DNA of 64,000 nucleotides from Haliotis rufescens (Eukaryota). The position numbers and the translations under genes are program-made. Location: positions 14,694,001-14,758,000 of the forward strand of contig NW_025964001.1 in NCBI RefSeq assembly GCF_023055435.1. The letters are read 5' to 3'. Below are positions 1-13,882 of this stretch, in pieces (positions within the stretch are counted from its first letter, which is position 1; each line of letters opens with the position of its first letter). A model generated the notes under the pieces. The model had not been told where the DNA came from and did no database searches. It was given only the letters and a program-made list of their open reading frames with translations.

Positions 1-245
1 TGGAGAATAACCTGGGTCTTCATCATGACGACCACTTGGCTTCCCACTGGCACTACCATACCTTAAATTACTTTTGCTAACATGATTGTATGTAGAAAGG
101 TGCATGACAACCCCATATCCTTTAAAAAAAAAACAGCTTGCATTCCAAATGATATCTATTTCGGATGACTGAGCTCATAACATGAAGCAGTTCGTGTCCT
201 ACTCTGCCACTGTCAGTGTTGTGTGTTGAGAGTCCCTCCATGTAC

Positions 246-497
246 ACCCGTGAAGATACGGGGTAGAATAGGTCTCCTGCAACCCATGCATGCAGTAAAA
301 GGCAACTGCCTGTGGTAAGTGGCGACTAACGGGATTGGGTGCTCAGACTTGCTGACTTGGTTGATGCATGTCATTGTGTCCCAATTGCATGGTTCGGTGC
401 TCATGATTTCAATCACTGGACTGTCTGGTCCTGACTTGATTATTTTCAGATCGCTGGCATTATGCTGAGCGCAGCGTTAAACAAACAAACAAACAAA
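246..497 (+). mobile_element. SINE family 1 (gacccgtgaagatcc head, (aaac/aacc)n tail)
   Basis: Homologous to many copies across the window. Confidence 0.8.
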
Positions 498-510
498 ATC
501 CTCCTTGTAC

Positions 511-666
511 CTGGATGGCTCTGCCGCTAGCTGATATGTAGGCCTCCACAGTTGTAGTGAAGTCTCCACCAGCAAACTTTTCCTTCTCAGTCTTCCTTCC
601 TCGAACTACAGGGATGGCTAGTAAGTCTTCGTACACCCTTGCATATAGCTCCAGGATCTTGTAGAC
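511..666 (-). CDS. EPRS1: EPRS exon 28 (VYKILELY...[24 protein letters not shown]); gene continues beyond window start
   Basis: ProRS EKFAGG motif; donor |gtacaa. Confidence 0.96.
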
Positions 667-1023
667 CTGACACAACAGACATAGGACATATCATAACATA
701 GGACCTTGTACTCCATTACATATAGTTCCAGGATCTTGTGGAGCTGACACAACAGACATAGGACATATCATAACATAGAACCTTGTACTCCATTACATAT
801 AGCTCCAGGATCTTGTGGACCTAACACAACAGACATAGGACATATCATAACATAGAACCTTGTACTCCATTACATATAGCTCCAGGATCTTGTGGACCTA
901 ACACAACAGACATAGGACATATCATAACATAGAACCTTGTACTCCATTACATATAGCTCCAGGATCTTGTAGACCTGACACAACAGACATAGGTCATATC
1001 ATAACATAGAACCTTGTACTCCA
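642..1023. repeat. 77-bp tandem repeat x5 spanning the exon 28 acceptor
   Basis: Units start at 642, 719, 796, 873, 950. Confidence 0.93.
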
Positions 1024-1271
1024 ACTCTAGCAGCCTGTGGAGGTGGATCATCAGCTTCCGTAGGTAACTTTGAGACAAACAATATATCGAGATTACACGG
1101 TTTTCAATCATATCACTACATGTCAGCTTGATGTGGGAGGAAGGCTCACAGTGATGAAGGTCTCAGACATGTACCACTCCAATTACCATGGTGCTGACAA
1201 ACCTTGAAACGTGATCAGGCCAAACTGGAACTCTAACATGTGAGGTTTCTGTAACAGTACAGTAGTGTTCA

Positions 1272-1427
<156 letters not shown>

Positions 1428-1631
1428 TCATAAATATAAAGCTATAATAACCTATTGTTATCTTCCACATTTAACAGTACCAGAGATAAATGTTACTACT
1501 AGGAGATACACCACTGATGATGGTTGATTACACTTTGAATCAACAAATTAAGCAACTCGTCCTGTATAAACATGGAGTAATTTGAATTGTGGTTACCAAT
1601 ATATATGATACTTCAATATAATTTTACTGAC

Positions 1632-1784
1632 CACAACATTACACCACTGGTTGAGCCTGAGTGGGAGATCACGGTGGGACTTGATCCACTTGGCGTAGGA
1701 GGGGTACATCACAGTTTCACTGGTTGGACGAATGGCGATGGGTTCTGCTAGTTCGGATTGGCCAGACTTGGTTACCCAAGCAAC
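1632..1784 (-). CDS. EPRS1: EPRS exon 26 (VAWVTKSG...[11 protein letters not shown]...LNQWCNVV)
   Basis: ProRS RPTSET motif. Confidence 0.97.
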
Positions 1785-2015
1785 CTGACGGAAAAGGACA
1801 GTGCAAATGAATTGAAAACAGTCACACTAACAATTTACAAAGAAGAAAAGACAGTTATCAAATAATAACAAATTTAAGAAAATATTTCAAAATCATGCCC
1901 TACAGAGCCACACAGTCTGCCATGATAACATGGGCTTATTTCATTCAAGTCTCTGCTTTAGTCAGCAATATCATTGTAGCCCGTAAATAAGGCTGGACCA
2001 GACAATCCAATACTG

Positions 2016-2527
2016 GGGAACAAGGGACCTGTACCAACCCTGGACTCCCCATAGGGAACAAGGGACCTGTACAACCCCGGACTCCCAATAGGGAACAAGG
2101 GACCTGTACCACACCGGACTCCCAATAGGGAACAAGGGACCTGTACCAACCAAGACTCCCTATGAGGAACAAGGGACCTGTACCACCCAAGACTCCCTAT
2201 GAGGAACAAGGTACCTGTACCACACCGGACTCCCAATAGGGAACAAGGGACCTGTACCAACCAAGACTCCCTATGAGGAACAAGGGACCTGTACCACCCA
2301 AGACTCCCTATGAGGAACAAGGTACCTGTACCACACCGGACTCCCCATGGGGAACAAGGGACCAGTACTACCCCGGACTCCCCATGGGGAACAAGGGACC
2401 TGTACTTCCTGGACTCCCCATAGGGAACAAGGGACCTCTACAACCCCGGACTCCCCATGGGGAACAAGGGACCTGTACAACCCCGGACTCCCCATAGAGA
2501 ACAAGGGACCAGTACAACCCCGGACTC
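2016..2527. repeat. ~37-38-bp minisatellite (gggaacaagggacctgtaccacaccggactccc…), about 13 copies
   Basis: Direct tandem units in intron 25. Confidence 0.92.
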
Positions 2528-2595
2528 GCCACACTTGAGGACCTCTTACACCTGGATTCCAATCTGGTGACATAACTGATATAACACAAACCCAC

Positions 2596-2857
2596 CTCCG
2601 GGGCGAAGTCTTCTATGTGTGTCTTCTCCTTCTCCAGAGCCTGCTGCGACACAAATATAGGGAAGTAGCAATTTTCCACACCCAGTTTCTTGATCTCTTT
2701 GTCGAAGAAGTCCTTGATCATCTCCCAAATGGAGAAGGCCCAGGGTCGGAGGATGTAACAGCCACTCACATCGTAGTACTCGATCAGCTCCGCCTTGGTG
2801 ATCACCTGGGAGTACCAGTCAGACAGAGCCTCCTCCTTTCGCGCTTCAAGTCCTAAC
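2596..2857 (-). CDS. EPRS1: EPRS exon 25: ProRS start ([20 protein letters not shown]...DFAPE)
   Basis: ProRS motifs [22 protein letters not shown]. Confidence 0.97.
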
Positions 2858-3429
2858 CTGCGGCAGGAGTGAGTTAAGAAACAGTGCTTTGAACAGTTAT
2901 AGCAAGACATGACAACCTTATATTGGAGAAAGCCTAAAGTGACCCAGGACAGAAATGTTTACCAGCTGCTCACAAAACAATCGTAATAAGTCAGAATATT
3001 GGATTCGAACCCATGTTCACCGAATCACAACTCTGCATCGTGTGTCCTGGCACCTAAGATGGTTGCTGTTGATGGTTTGTAGCTGCACTAAGCAATATTC
3101 CAGCTATATGATGGAAGATGTAAATAATCAAATCTGGACCGGTCAAACCAGTGATGGATATTATTTGATCTAACTGATCATTCTTATAAATCTAATTTGA
3201 TGGCCAGACCCAAGAGTTTGGTAGGACGGTAATTTGGCTGTAAACCTTCAAGCGCCTAACATGCAGCTTGGGTTGTATACTCCCCAGGGAGCTGAGAATA
3301 CAAATTGAGTGCACACTGATCCATTAACCAGGGTAAAAATGTAGCGTTTTGAGCATGATTTAGGGCATGGATTAAGCACATTATAAATATGCAGATTATG
3401 ATCATAATTAGTTCTGCCATCTTCTCTAC

Positions 3430-3647
3430 CTTGTGACTTTCTTGGGTCCCCCTGCGGCCCCATCAACAGCTGCCTTTGGCTCGGCCTTCTTCTCTTGTTT
3501 CTTCTCTTGTTTCTTTTCTTGTTTCTTGTCCTGCTTCTTCTCCTTCTTGTCCTGCTTGCGTCCTCCACCAGCCAGGTCCTCCCCAGTCAGGGCCTTGTAC
3601 TGACCTTTCAGGTCTAGCAGGGCCTTTACCTCCACATCTACTGCAGC
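3430..3647 (-). CDS. EPRS1: EPRS exon 24: WHEP5 helix 2 and Lys-rich linker
   Basis: EVKALLDLKGQYKALTGEDL...KKQEKK repeats...GPKKVTR. Confidence 0.95.
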
Positions 3648-4384
3648 CTGTAGGGATACATTCCTTCATTTGATACCCGCTCAGTATTTCTTAAATAAAT
3701 CATCTTTGAACTGTTAATTACTTGAACAGCCAATAGTGAGTTCAACACATGAAATGAATGATTTGGAACCAAGTGATAAAGCTTGACCTCCCAATTTTAA
3801 TGGTCACCTCTACAGACATGGGATCCTATTCTAACCAGGAATCCAAATAAGGCCAGTATATTATGAAGTATAGAGGTACTTCCACTTACAATGCTGATGC
3901 CCAGTGGTCCAGTTTTACAGTTTGGACATGGGCAGGAATTGGACAACAGTTTGTAGAGCCCAGCCTTTTATAAGCACAGCCTTTTATAAACACTGCTGAT
4001 TCTTCATGTTGCAAAAGCATAGATTTATCAAAGATTGAATCCAAAAAGAACATAAGCCATTATCTGTGACTTTATCTAAAGTGAGTGAGTTGGGTTTACA
4101 CCGTTTTTAACAGTATTCCAGTTACATCACAGTGTGTCAGCTTAATGTGGGAGGCAAGCCGGAAGTGATGCAGGTCTCGACTTTGGTGAAACCAATGAGC
4201 ATGGGTATGGCGCTGACAAACCTAGAACATAATCTGGGTGAACCGGGATTCGAACCCACAATCATAGGTTTCTGGCGTGCCGAAGGGATGCATCCCCGCA
4301 CAGTGAATCGCGGCGCCTCAGACGACTGGGTCACCGATGACCCCCTTTTTCTTAAGAGCTAATTGATCAATAATAAAGTTAAAC

Positions 4385-4609
4385 CTTGTCGCCTCCTGAA
4401 GTTTTGAGCAGTCTAACTTTTTCTCCCTGAGCATCAATTTTTGTTTTGAGCGCTGCCGCTTCTGCCGAGTCTGTTGTAGCTGACATCTCGGGTGCTGACT
4501 TCGCTGGCTGGGTGGCTCCCCCTTGTGGCGGCTTCCAGTCGTTGCCAGTCGCTGCCTTATACTCAGCCTTCAAACTCAGCAGTATCTTCACTTCCGCATC
4601 AATGTCACT
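4385..4609 (-). CDS. EPRS1: EPRS exon 23: WHEP4 helix 2 and WHEP5 helix 1
   Basis: EVKILLSLKAEYKAATGNDW...QGEKVRLLKTSGGDK; 225 nt, phase 0/0. Confidence 0.95.
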
Positions 4610-5062
4610 CTGAAAAACACACAATGTTGCTCATACGGAGGCAGTCAAATACAAGTTTCTTTAAAGGGATCTGTGGTCACAGCACCATAAACTAGCTGTA
4701 TCTGCTCGAATGACACTTGTTTTCCTGGCTCACTCTTTGCCCCACTGGCTACTACTAGTCTTACAACGGAAGGGAATAGGAATGTACATGGGAATCTGCT
4801 TTTCACATGTGATGATATACTCCTTGGCAACAGTCAAGGTATTTACTTTTGTATGTGTGTACCATTGAAGATATTATTTGATTGATGTCTGAATGCTCAT
4901 GCTATGCAAAACAATCCAAATAAAATTAACACTGACCAAAGAGTTTTAAATCAGCTGAAGCACACATGTATACACAATTTTTCAGAAGAATTCCATTAAT
5001 ATCACAGCAGGAAACACCAAAATAAGGCTTCACACAATGTACCAGTGAGAATCAAACCCATC

Positions 5063-5465
5063 TTCCCGAGGCAAGGGAGTTATCTGACTATAAAAGTCCA
5101 GTTTCCACCCTTGCCGAACGAGGCTGGAATTATGGAGTGATATTTTGGTTGGACTAACGCGTCTATGAATAGTCCAATCAAAATTATGTAACGAAATCAA
5201 CATCTGGTTTGTAAACCCCAGATTTCGGTCGATTGCAAGCTTTCACAAAAGCATCTTTACCGTAAATTTAGTGTCAACAGATATTTTCCAAATCTTTTCA
5301 TACTTTTAATCAACGTGCTCATGTGATTTGGCCAATAGGAGGGGCAGAGAAGGTAATTAGTAGTAGCCACTGGTGGTGCTATGATCGGACCCAGAAATTC
5401 TGGCCTAGTTCGGCAGAGGTGGTAAATGAACTTTTACAGTCAGTTAACTCTCTTGCCTCAGGAAA
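5063..5465. mobile_element. MITE-like element with ~70-bp imperfect TIRs (partial copy at ~15290-15442)
   Basis: gaggcaagggagttatctgactataaaag vs cttttacagtcagttaactctcttgcctc. Confidence 0.75.
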
Positions 5466-5553
5466 AGGAATCAAACCTTGATATTCAGCATGTTGGTGAA
5501 GCTATATCCACTAGGTTACCCTAATGGTCTGCAGGACTAGGCCCAAACCTAAG

Positions 5554-6430
5554 TCAGGAAAGATGCTGATATGACACTAACGCCTAGCAGTTACAATTTA
5601 CATTTCTGATTTACCTCCACAAGATACAGTGACACACTGTAGAATACACTTAGATCTTCACCAGCTGACACTCACACTGTCACACTAATAGTATCAGGCA
5701 GGAAAGAGGCTGATATGACACTAAAGCCTAGCAGCTACCACTTACAATTCTGATTTACCTCCACAAGATACAGTGACACACTGTAGAATACACTTAGATC
5801 TTCACCAGCTGACACTCACACTGTCACACTAATAGTATCAGGCAGGAAAGAGGCTGATATGACACTAAAGCCTAGCAGCTACCACTTACAATTCTGATCT
5901 ACCTCCACAAGATACAGTGACACACTGTAGAATACACTTAGATCTTCACAAAGTGACACTCACACTGTCACACTAATAGTATCAGGCAGAAAAGAGGCTG
6001 ATATGACACTAAAGCCTAGCAGCTACCACTTACAATTCTGATTTACCTCCACAAGATACAGTGACACACTGTAGAATACACTTAGATCTTCACCAGCTGA
6101 CACTCACACTGTCACACTAATAGTATCAGGCAGGAAAGAGGCTGATATGACACTAAAGCCTAGCAGCTACCACTTACAATTCTGATTTACCTCCACAAGA
6201 TACAGTGACACACTGTAGAATACACTTAGATCTTCACCAGCTGACACTCACACTGTCACACTAATAGTATCAGAAAGGAAAGACGCTGATATGACACTAA
6301 AGCCTAGCAGCTACCACTTACAATTCTGATTTACCTCCACAAGATAATGACATACTGTAGAATACACTGAGATCTTCACCAGCTGACGCATACACTAATA
6401 GCATGAGGAAGAAAAGTGGCTGATATCACA
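5554..6430. repeat. 144-bp tandem repeat, about 6 copies
   Basis: Equivalent positions at 5700, 5844, 5988, 6132. Confidence 0.93.
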
Positions 6431-7462
6431 TCAATGTCATATTAACTTGAGATCAATACCTTAAATACAATTGTAAGAACGTCTATACATTTTCCATTAG
6501 TCGGGAGTTGCAGATGTTTTAGGAGACAATAATTCAGTTTGGTGAAAATAGTGTGGCTCATTATTAACTTAGAATGACAGAAATCAATACTGTGTCAAGT
6601 AATGTATGACCCTGTCAGAAAAGGTTTGGTCGTCCTACATCACTATCTGCTGAGGAGATACTACGTGGAAACATTTACATATATACATGTACATGTATAT
6701 ATATATATTTAGCGCAGATTTTTTAGATCCCTTTCAAACCGGTTTTCTTGTATAAGCATAAGTGGAATATATGAAACCAGAGACCATATACTGATATTGG
6801 TATCTGACGAAACTCATACTGATTTGGCATAAATATTAGTTGACAGTGATCATGTGAAGATGCATGGCACATCATAGTCTCTGTGCTGTTTCTGATTTGT
6901 GTCACATACCGTATTTGCTGAAATAAGGGCTTGGGTACTTCGAAAATTGACAATTGGGGACACTTATAAAAACTAAGAAACAGACAATAGTTACATTTGT
7001 TGTCTGAGATCAAGCAGTAGATAAAAACTTGGTTCAACAGTTTCTATAATAGTTACTAGGTTATCAAAATGCATTTTACACAGCTGTTTTCTGTGACCAA
7101 GTCAGTAGTGAGTGAGTGAGTATGGTTTTTACGCCGCTTTTAGCAATATTCCAGCAATATCACGGCGGGGGACACCAGAAATGGGCTTCACACATTGTAC
7201 CCATGTCGGGAATCGAACTCGGGTCTTCGGCGTGACGAGCAAACGCTTTAACCACTAGGCTATCATGAATGTTGGTATTTGAGAGGTACATATGCCTGGT
7301 GTCCAGTAAACACTTCAGAAAATTTTAAGTATAATTCAAACAACTTAAAGTCTATCAAATCATTAATAACACAATAGATTTCTTGGTTATAAATTTAAAA
7401 AAAATAATAAACCTATAATTTTGATTTCATAGATAGCTAGACTTACCTAACAGTATAAATGC

Positions 7463-7629
7463 AGTGAGTGAGTGTGTTTGGTTTTACGCTGCTTTTAGCA
7501 ATATTCCAGCAATATCACGGCGGGGGACACAAGAAATGGGCTTCACACATTGTACCCATGTTGGGAATCGAACCCGGGTCTTCGGCTTGACGAGCGAACG
7601 CTTTAACCACTAGGCTACCCGACTGCCCG
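7463..7629 (-). mobile_element. SINE family 2, tRNA-derived, (actc)n tail (second copy at 7107-7263)
   Basis: A box TAGCCTAGTGG, B box GGTTCGATTCC; TSD gtataaaygcag. Confidence 0.88.
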
Positions 7630-9665
7630 TATAAACGCAGATATTTCGGTAGCCAGGACTCTTTAAGCAGACAGTGTCATTGACATTCTTTCAAATTAGA
7701 TACAAGTTGTGGTTCGGTCACTTAAATCTTTTGCCAGTGATCTTCAGACAACTACCTTTATAAACTAGATGGTATCTGTTAAATGTAAGATGAAACTAAG
7801 GGGAATGGGAAACCTTACCAGATAAGAAGTGCATCATTATTCTTATCAATTTTCTGGACCATGTTTAGGCTAAAAAAATAATAGTCTTGGTTCTAAGGCA
7901 CCACCCGCATCATCATAAAGTCTGCCACATATTTGTTTTTGTTTCTATTTTTAAAAAATGTAAACATCCTAATCCTTAAACACAATACACAAAAAAATTG
8001 AAAATGGAAACAAAAACAAAACACGCAATGAACTTTAGGATGATGTTGGCAGTGCCTGAGTACCAAGGCTATTATTGTTTTTAGCCTTCCAGAAGAATTA
8101 GACAGTGAACGAATCTGGATCTTTGAAAAAAACATATGAATGCTTGGGTTTTTTATCATGACTGTCCCACCCATCTAAATTGCTAAATTTGTTGGTTACA
8201 AAAATAATGAAAACATTACCAATACTTCAATTATAAAATGCTTATCTACATTTTTGATATGTACCAGTCATTTACAGATGCAAGAATTGGAGATTTTCAA
8301 AAGAGAACACTCAACTTGACTACCGGTAGTATCACTGATTCACCATCAACAGTGACACCTCCTTGAATAGGTCACTCGGTTCACTGGCCTAGAAAGCACA
8401 ACAACCATACTGACAACATATGAACACAAGCAAAGCTTTAATTTGATTATCAAAAAAAAAGGAAAAAGTATTCTGTTTCATTTTCCCCACTCTATACTGT
8501 TATTGGTAATGGCTGTAGATGACCCAGATGTTGACAGATGACGCAACTCTAATGCCATGTGTACACTACAGAATCAGCTATCTGCCTACCACAACACAAC
8601 ACTCATATCAACTGAAGTATCTACCATACCTTGTACCGGGGTTGTAACTCTGAATGCAGCCAACTATTATCTCCCAGTCTCAAAACAATGTGCTCCACGT
8701 GTGCATGTGAACACAACCCCACTAGTGCTAAAAATAGCCCCACACGCAGAGCTAACCTAGTTGTTTAGCCACATATAGCACTAGAGTTAAACACTGAAAG
8801 AAGGCGTTGTGTGATTGCTCCATGCTTCATTGATTCGGCCTGGGGGATGTGTCAAAGATTTCAACTGAACAATGACTTTGTAAATGATGCAATCCCTGAC
8901 AAATGGACGACAGACAACCTTCCTTTGTTGATGTGTCAATAGGATTTGTGAAATCTAATATTGCAACAGAATCAGAAGTGTACTACCTCTGACATTGTCT
9001 TTAATTTACTGACAATAAATCAAGTGAAAAAAAAAAGGAAAAAAAAAGATCCAAGCAGGATCTCTGAACTGAACCAAGATTAACAACAAGGTCTTTTTGT
9101 ATTCCAACCAGCGAGTCAAAAATATACATTTCAACATGTTCACAAATTAATTGCTATTTCTGACCCATTTCCACTGAAGTGCATCCAATTATGAAGTATG
9201 CATGTCAGCTATGTCAATGCTGCTGTCGGATCGAATAAGAAAACATGAACTACTTTTCCATTCCTTAAATTTACAAAAAGAAAAGTGATGAAAACAACTA
9301 CACAATATATGTTGGCAACACAACATACATTAAAGCTGTATACTGTCTTCAACATGCTCCACATGGTCCAACAGAAGGGATACATTCCTCCCTAGGGCAG
9401 TATGAGTGATATACACACCAGTCAACACATGAGATAAGATGCACTGTCACCCTATATCCCACCCCACCCTCCCATCAGCATGACACACAGACAGCGATCA
9501 TAACCCAATCTAATATGTGGACAGTTCAATCAATAACAAAGATTACTGCATGCCGAAAAACATGCCGGAAATATTTGTCAAAGTCAAGCCAAATATCATT
9601 AACTTATTCACTTATTCACACGGGTTCCTTTTTTTGAAAATCTACTTGCCGATGGAAAATGAATA

Positions 9666-9991
9666 CCATATTTGATGTTATAAGCGCCCACGGCGATATT
9701 TGCTAATATATTTGCAAGTGAACAATCCCAATTAGCACCCCTTTCGATTGATCAATGTACACAAGACTTACTTATTTGCATACAATACGCACTGGTGTGT
9801 TATATGCACCCTTAATTATGGGCAATTATATTCTGTAAAAATATATCTATCATACATAAACATTTCAGGCTGTCAGCATAAACCATGAAATTTATCTTTC
9901 AACTCTGTTTTTTTCACCAAAATAATATTCTAATAAGAGCCCCCATTTCTAATTTTGAGAGCGCCCTGGGCGCTTATTATGTCGAATATGC
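9666..9991. mobile_element. Second, CpG-decayed copy of the same MITE
   Basis: Colinear with 42101-42426. Confidence 0.85.
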
Positions 9992-11635
9992 TAAGCTAAA
10001 ACCACTTGCCCTGAATGAATTTCTAGTTGCCCAAAACTTTTCATTGATTGAAGTGAAAACCATTGCAGATCAGATCCACACACAATTTCACTGAATGTAA
10101 TGGAAACAATACTGAATGAAATTCTGAACATAAATTGTTGAAAAACATCAAGCCAGATCGATACACTGAACAGTCTGTATTACCTGATAATGTAAAAACA
10201 GGGCTAAATGTATACTTCAGTACCTCTAAGTTGAAATGATCTCCTTACTCGAGGACAAGTAGTGACGGGTTATTTTGTTTGTCTGAATAAATTAACTTGT
10301 TCCAGGTGTTACGCAATGGGATTTTTGAACCCCTGTGTATACCTTGAAATACTGTGCATAACATGCTCCAGCATTATTATACACCAAACAAAAAGGGCGG
10401 GGGTATGTTATACCAAGGAATTCCATCCGTCCTTCCGAGGATATTTTTGTGTGTAACCTTTAATTTGAAAACTACTGCATAGATTCTATTCAAACTTGCT
10501 GAACATTTTCTATAATAATAGGAGAGGTGCAGTGCAAAGTTTGATTTCAAGATTTGGATATTCAGAAAAAATACAGCTATTTTTTTATTTCTTTACCTAG
10601 AATTCCTAAACAAATTTAAGGATAGGAGAGGTGCAGTGCAAAGTTTGATTTGCAGAAATAATTAAGATTTTTATCATGTTTTGAACTTAGAATTTTTTTT
10701 ACTTCAACATTTGTGTGAGCTATAACTTGAAAACAACTTTATGGATTCTTTTCCAATTGGGGGTACAGTTTCTAAATAGGAGCGGTGCAGTACAAAGTTT
10801 GATTTCGATTAGTGGATTTTCTGAAAAAATATTGCATTGCATTGTTTTAAACTTAGAAATATGTTGGAGTTAAAGTCTGGGTATTAGTGAGCTCTGCTCA
10901 CTTTTTACCGTGCTAATCTATGTATCGATGTCATATTTTCAAACTAGAGATGTTTGCATTTACGTCAAAAAAAAAGAAGCAGCCACACCAATGCCTTTCC
11001 CTCAAAACTCCGAAAACATTACTTCCAGACCTTGACCTTAATTTAAACACCTCAGGATCCAGCAATTCCCCAAGTCTCTGGATTGTACAAGTAAAAGTGT
11101 AACAGTAACTGGCAATAGATAATACAGCCATGTTTCACAATAACCTCAAACATGACTTTGACCTTTGATAGGCATAGCACCAACATTAGATGAGGTAGGA
11201 TTTATAAGGATACTGGCCTGTAGAGGCAACTGCACCTCAGAAGCTGACCAAAATATAACCATGTTTTACAAAAAAGCTGAATGCTGACCTTGACCTTTTG
11301 ACTAATCTTGACCAAAATCTTTTCAAAGCAGGGCCCATTCTACTTGACCAGGTATATACCAAATTTTCTTTAGTTTAATTTCATTAATATGGCTTCAGGG
11401 ATGTGTAACCACAACTCTTTCACGATTGTTTTTAATGTTATTTACTTTGACCTTTTCATGACATGTGTTAAAAGACTTGTCCTTCACCATTTGGAAAAAC
11501 ATCCATAGAAGAATAATGTCTGATGCCAATCTTTGTGTAGTAGTCATGAGAAAAATCGCCAGTGGTGTAACGGGGGGGGGGGGGGGGGGGGGGGGCCTCT
11601 TAGTTACTGATACAAACCTACAATTTTGAAATCTG

Positions 11636-11763
11636 AGATGTCACTACTGTTTTGAACCATCCAATCATAGCATTGACGGAACGGCTTGATTCAGCAGCTT
11701 TGATCTAGCTACCAAAGAATTCCACTGGTTGCCATGATAACAGCAGTTGGAATAAGATAGCAA
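11636..11763 (-). ncRNA. Putative box H/ACA snoRNA, family A copy A1
   Basis: Two hairpins, H box AGATCA, terminal ACA+3 nt, sense to EPRS intron 22. Confidence 0.65.
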
Positions 11764-12036
11764 ACTTATGTCAAATATGACTTGTCAAGAATAAAGGCTG
11801 TATTTCTAGATACAAAGGCATGTTTTCTTGACCTTGCGCTTTGAAAATATGATCACGTTTTTAATTCCTACCAAGCGAACTGCATCTACAGACAATGTCT
11901 CTATGCAGCAGGTATGTGCTTGAAATAAATAATAACACCACCTAACTCTGATAAAATAATGTCAATATATACCGGGGTAATGTCAATAATTTGCACTTTA
12001 AAGAAACAAATTCCAAACCAAGACCACATTTGTTAA

Positions 12037-12321
12037 GTTGGTTGGTTTGGTTGGTTTTGTTGGTTTGTTGTTTAACGCCGCACTCAGTAATATTCCAGCT
12101 ATATGACGTCCGTCTGTAAATAATCGAGTCTGGACCAGACAATCCAGTGATAAATATCATGGGCATCGATCCACGCAATTGGGACCAATGACATGCATCA
12201 ACCAAGTCAGCGAGCCTGACCACCCGATCCCGTTAGTCGCCTTGTACGACAAGCATAGTCACCTTTTACGGCAGGCATGGGTTGCTGAAGACCTATTCTA
12301 CCCCGGAATCTTCATGGGTCC
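12037..12321 (-). mobile_element. SINE family 1, full length
   Basis: TSD catttgttaag. Confidence 0.88.
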
Positions 12322-13666
12322 CATTTGTTAAGTATAAGTGAACGGATAATTCTATAAGCCTTTCTAAAGAACACTAAAATCATAAAATCTAGTGAGTTAG
12401 GTTAATTCTTTTGAAAATTTGTAGATGATTATCATTAGGTGTAACTCATTTGGACGAGAATAAGGTTGACACACCGATGATAAGAACAGAGGTGAAAAGC
12501 AGATAAAAACCTATAACAAGCAGATCCTGGAACAGGTAAGGGATGCAACTCCGCACAGTCTGAAGACCACATGATCTGACATTAAAATGCAGATGAATAA
12601 TGCAGCACTGCAGTAGGCAGCCAGTGTTTGAAATTCAGAATGAAAAGTTGAGGGTAAATAGTTTATTTCCTGTCCACATAGAATGTTTCTACCTTTCTGA
12701 ACTATCCATGTACACCAAGATGGGATAGCATGAATCATGATAGGATATTATCGAGCCATCACACAACGTCACTGGTTGTTATGAAGGCAGCAGTGTGGAA
12801 GATAGCACATCGAGGACAGCGTGAGATTGTGAGCCAGTTGGATATAACATGGCTGTGAAGAGTATTTCAGTTATTACATATCACAGTGCCAGCATAAAGT
12901 GTGAGGAAAACCCAAGATTATTCAGGTCTTTGACATTTATTACTTTGGCGAAAGCTATGAGCACAGCTATGGTGCTGGTTAAAAATTAATAATCTGTGCA
13001 AATTTGGGATTAAAACTCATAATAATTGGATTCAGCACGTCACCATTGACAACTGGGTGACCTGGGTTCCCTAGTCTTGGAAAGAATCAATCAGTTGTTG
13101 ATAATCTGGTATTAAGTATGTGTGGTCTTAAATTTCCAAACTAAAGATCCTTAACATCAATGTGATTAGTGTACAAGTGTCTGAGGTAGGGTATCTATGT
13201 CCAGAACAGGCATGCATACTTCGGCTTTGTAAACTATATTACTCCACATTCGATAGGGATAATTTTATCTTTCCATGACAAACAAAAATTATTCTTAAAA
13301 TATGTCAAATGTATATTTAAATAAAATCCCTATCAAAAGTTGAATTGCATATAAGTTCATTTCAGACCAAGAAACAAACATCTTCATTCTAAGTATGCAT
13401 GTATCATGAGTATTGATGGAGTAGAAACTGTTTGTGGTATGTGTAACACCACACTCGTCAATATTCTCATGACAGGCTGAAGACCAATTCTAACCCAGGT
13501 AGACAGCATGAAGTAAACCTATCAAGTCCTCACCTCATTTCACACTTGAGGTTTATGTAACATAACTACATATTGGGAGGATAGTGAGAGAAAATAACAC
13601 AGCGGGAGAAACTAAGAATGGGCTGCCTCTCACTTCAATGCATGTAGGAAAGAAAACGCAAACTAC

Positions 13667-13882
13667 CTTTGATGCCTTCTTGCTCTTGAGATCTCGAACC
13701 TTGCCGCCCTGGTCTGCTATTTTCTGTTCCAGTTCCTGATTCCCTCCCTTGATGCCGCTGCCACCAGATGGCGCTGCTGCCTTCTTCCCGCCGTCTGCTC
13801 CAGGCTTCCAGTCTTTCCCAGTAGCAGACTTGTAGTCGGCCTTGAGAGCCAGGAGGACCTTCACTGCAGCATCAACTTCCCC
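13667..13882 (-). CDS. EPRS1: EPRS exon 22: WHEP3 helix 2 and WHEP4 helix 1
   Basis: AVKVLLALKADYKSATGKDW...QGGKVRDLKSKKASK; 216 nt, phase 0/0. Confidence 0.95.

Noticed and set aside
1-62. Possible EPRS exon 29 at the window start
   Set aside because: Does not translate to the expected GATSHHLGQNF segment; intronic.
1945-2573. ORFs over the 37-bp and 21-bp minisatellites (e.g. MDYTLGI repeats at 27871-28405)
   Set aside because: Open only because the units lack stops; intronic, with no splice or coding support.
8495-8940. Possible additional structured RNAs in intron 22
   Set aside because: Partial stems and an ACA seen, but no correctly placed H box or C/D boxes and no second copy.
11572-11595. 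Poly-G run (poly-C at 48016 and 50521) as functional G-quadruplex elements
   Set aside because: Homopolymer lengths are unreliable and there is no other support.
11942-12223. Recurrent ORFs '[11 protein letters not shown]…ITGLSGPDSIIYR'
   Set aside because: Translations of SINE family 1 copies.
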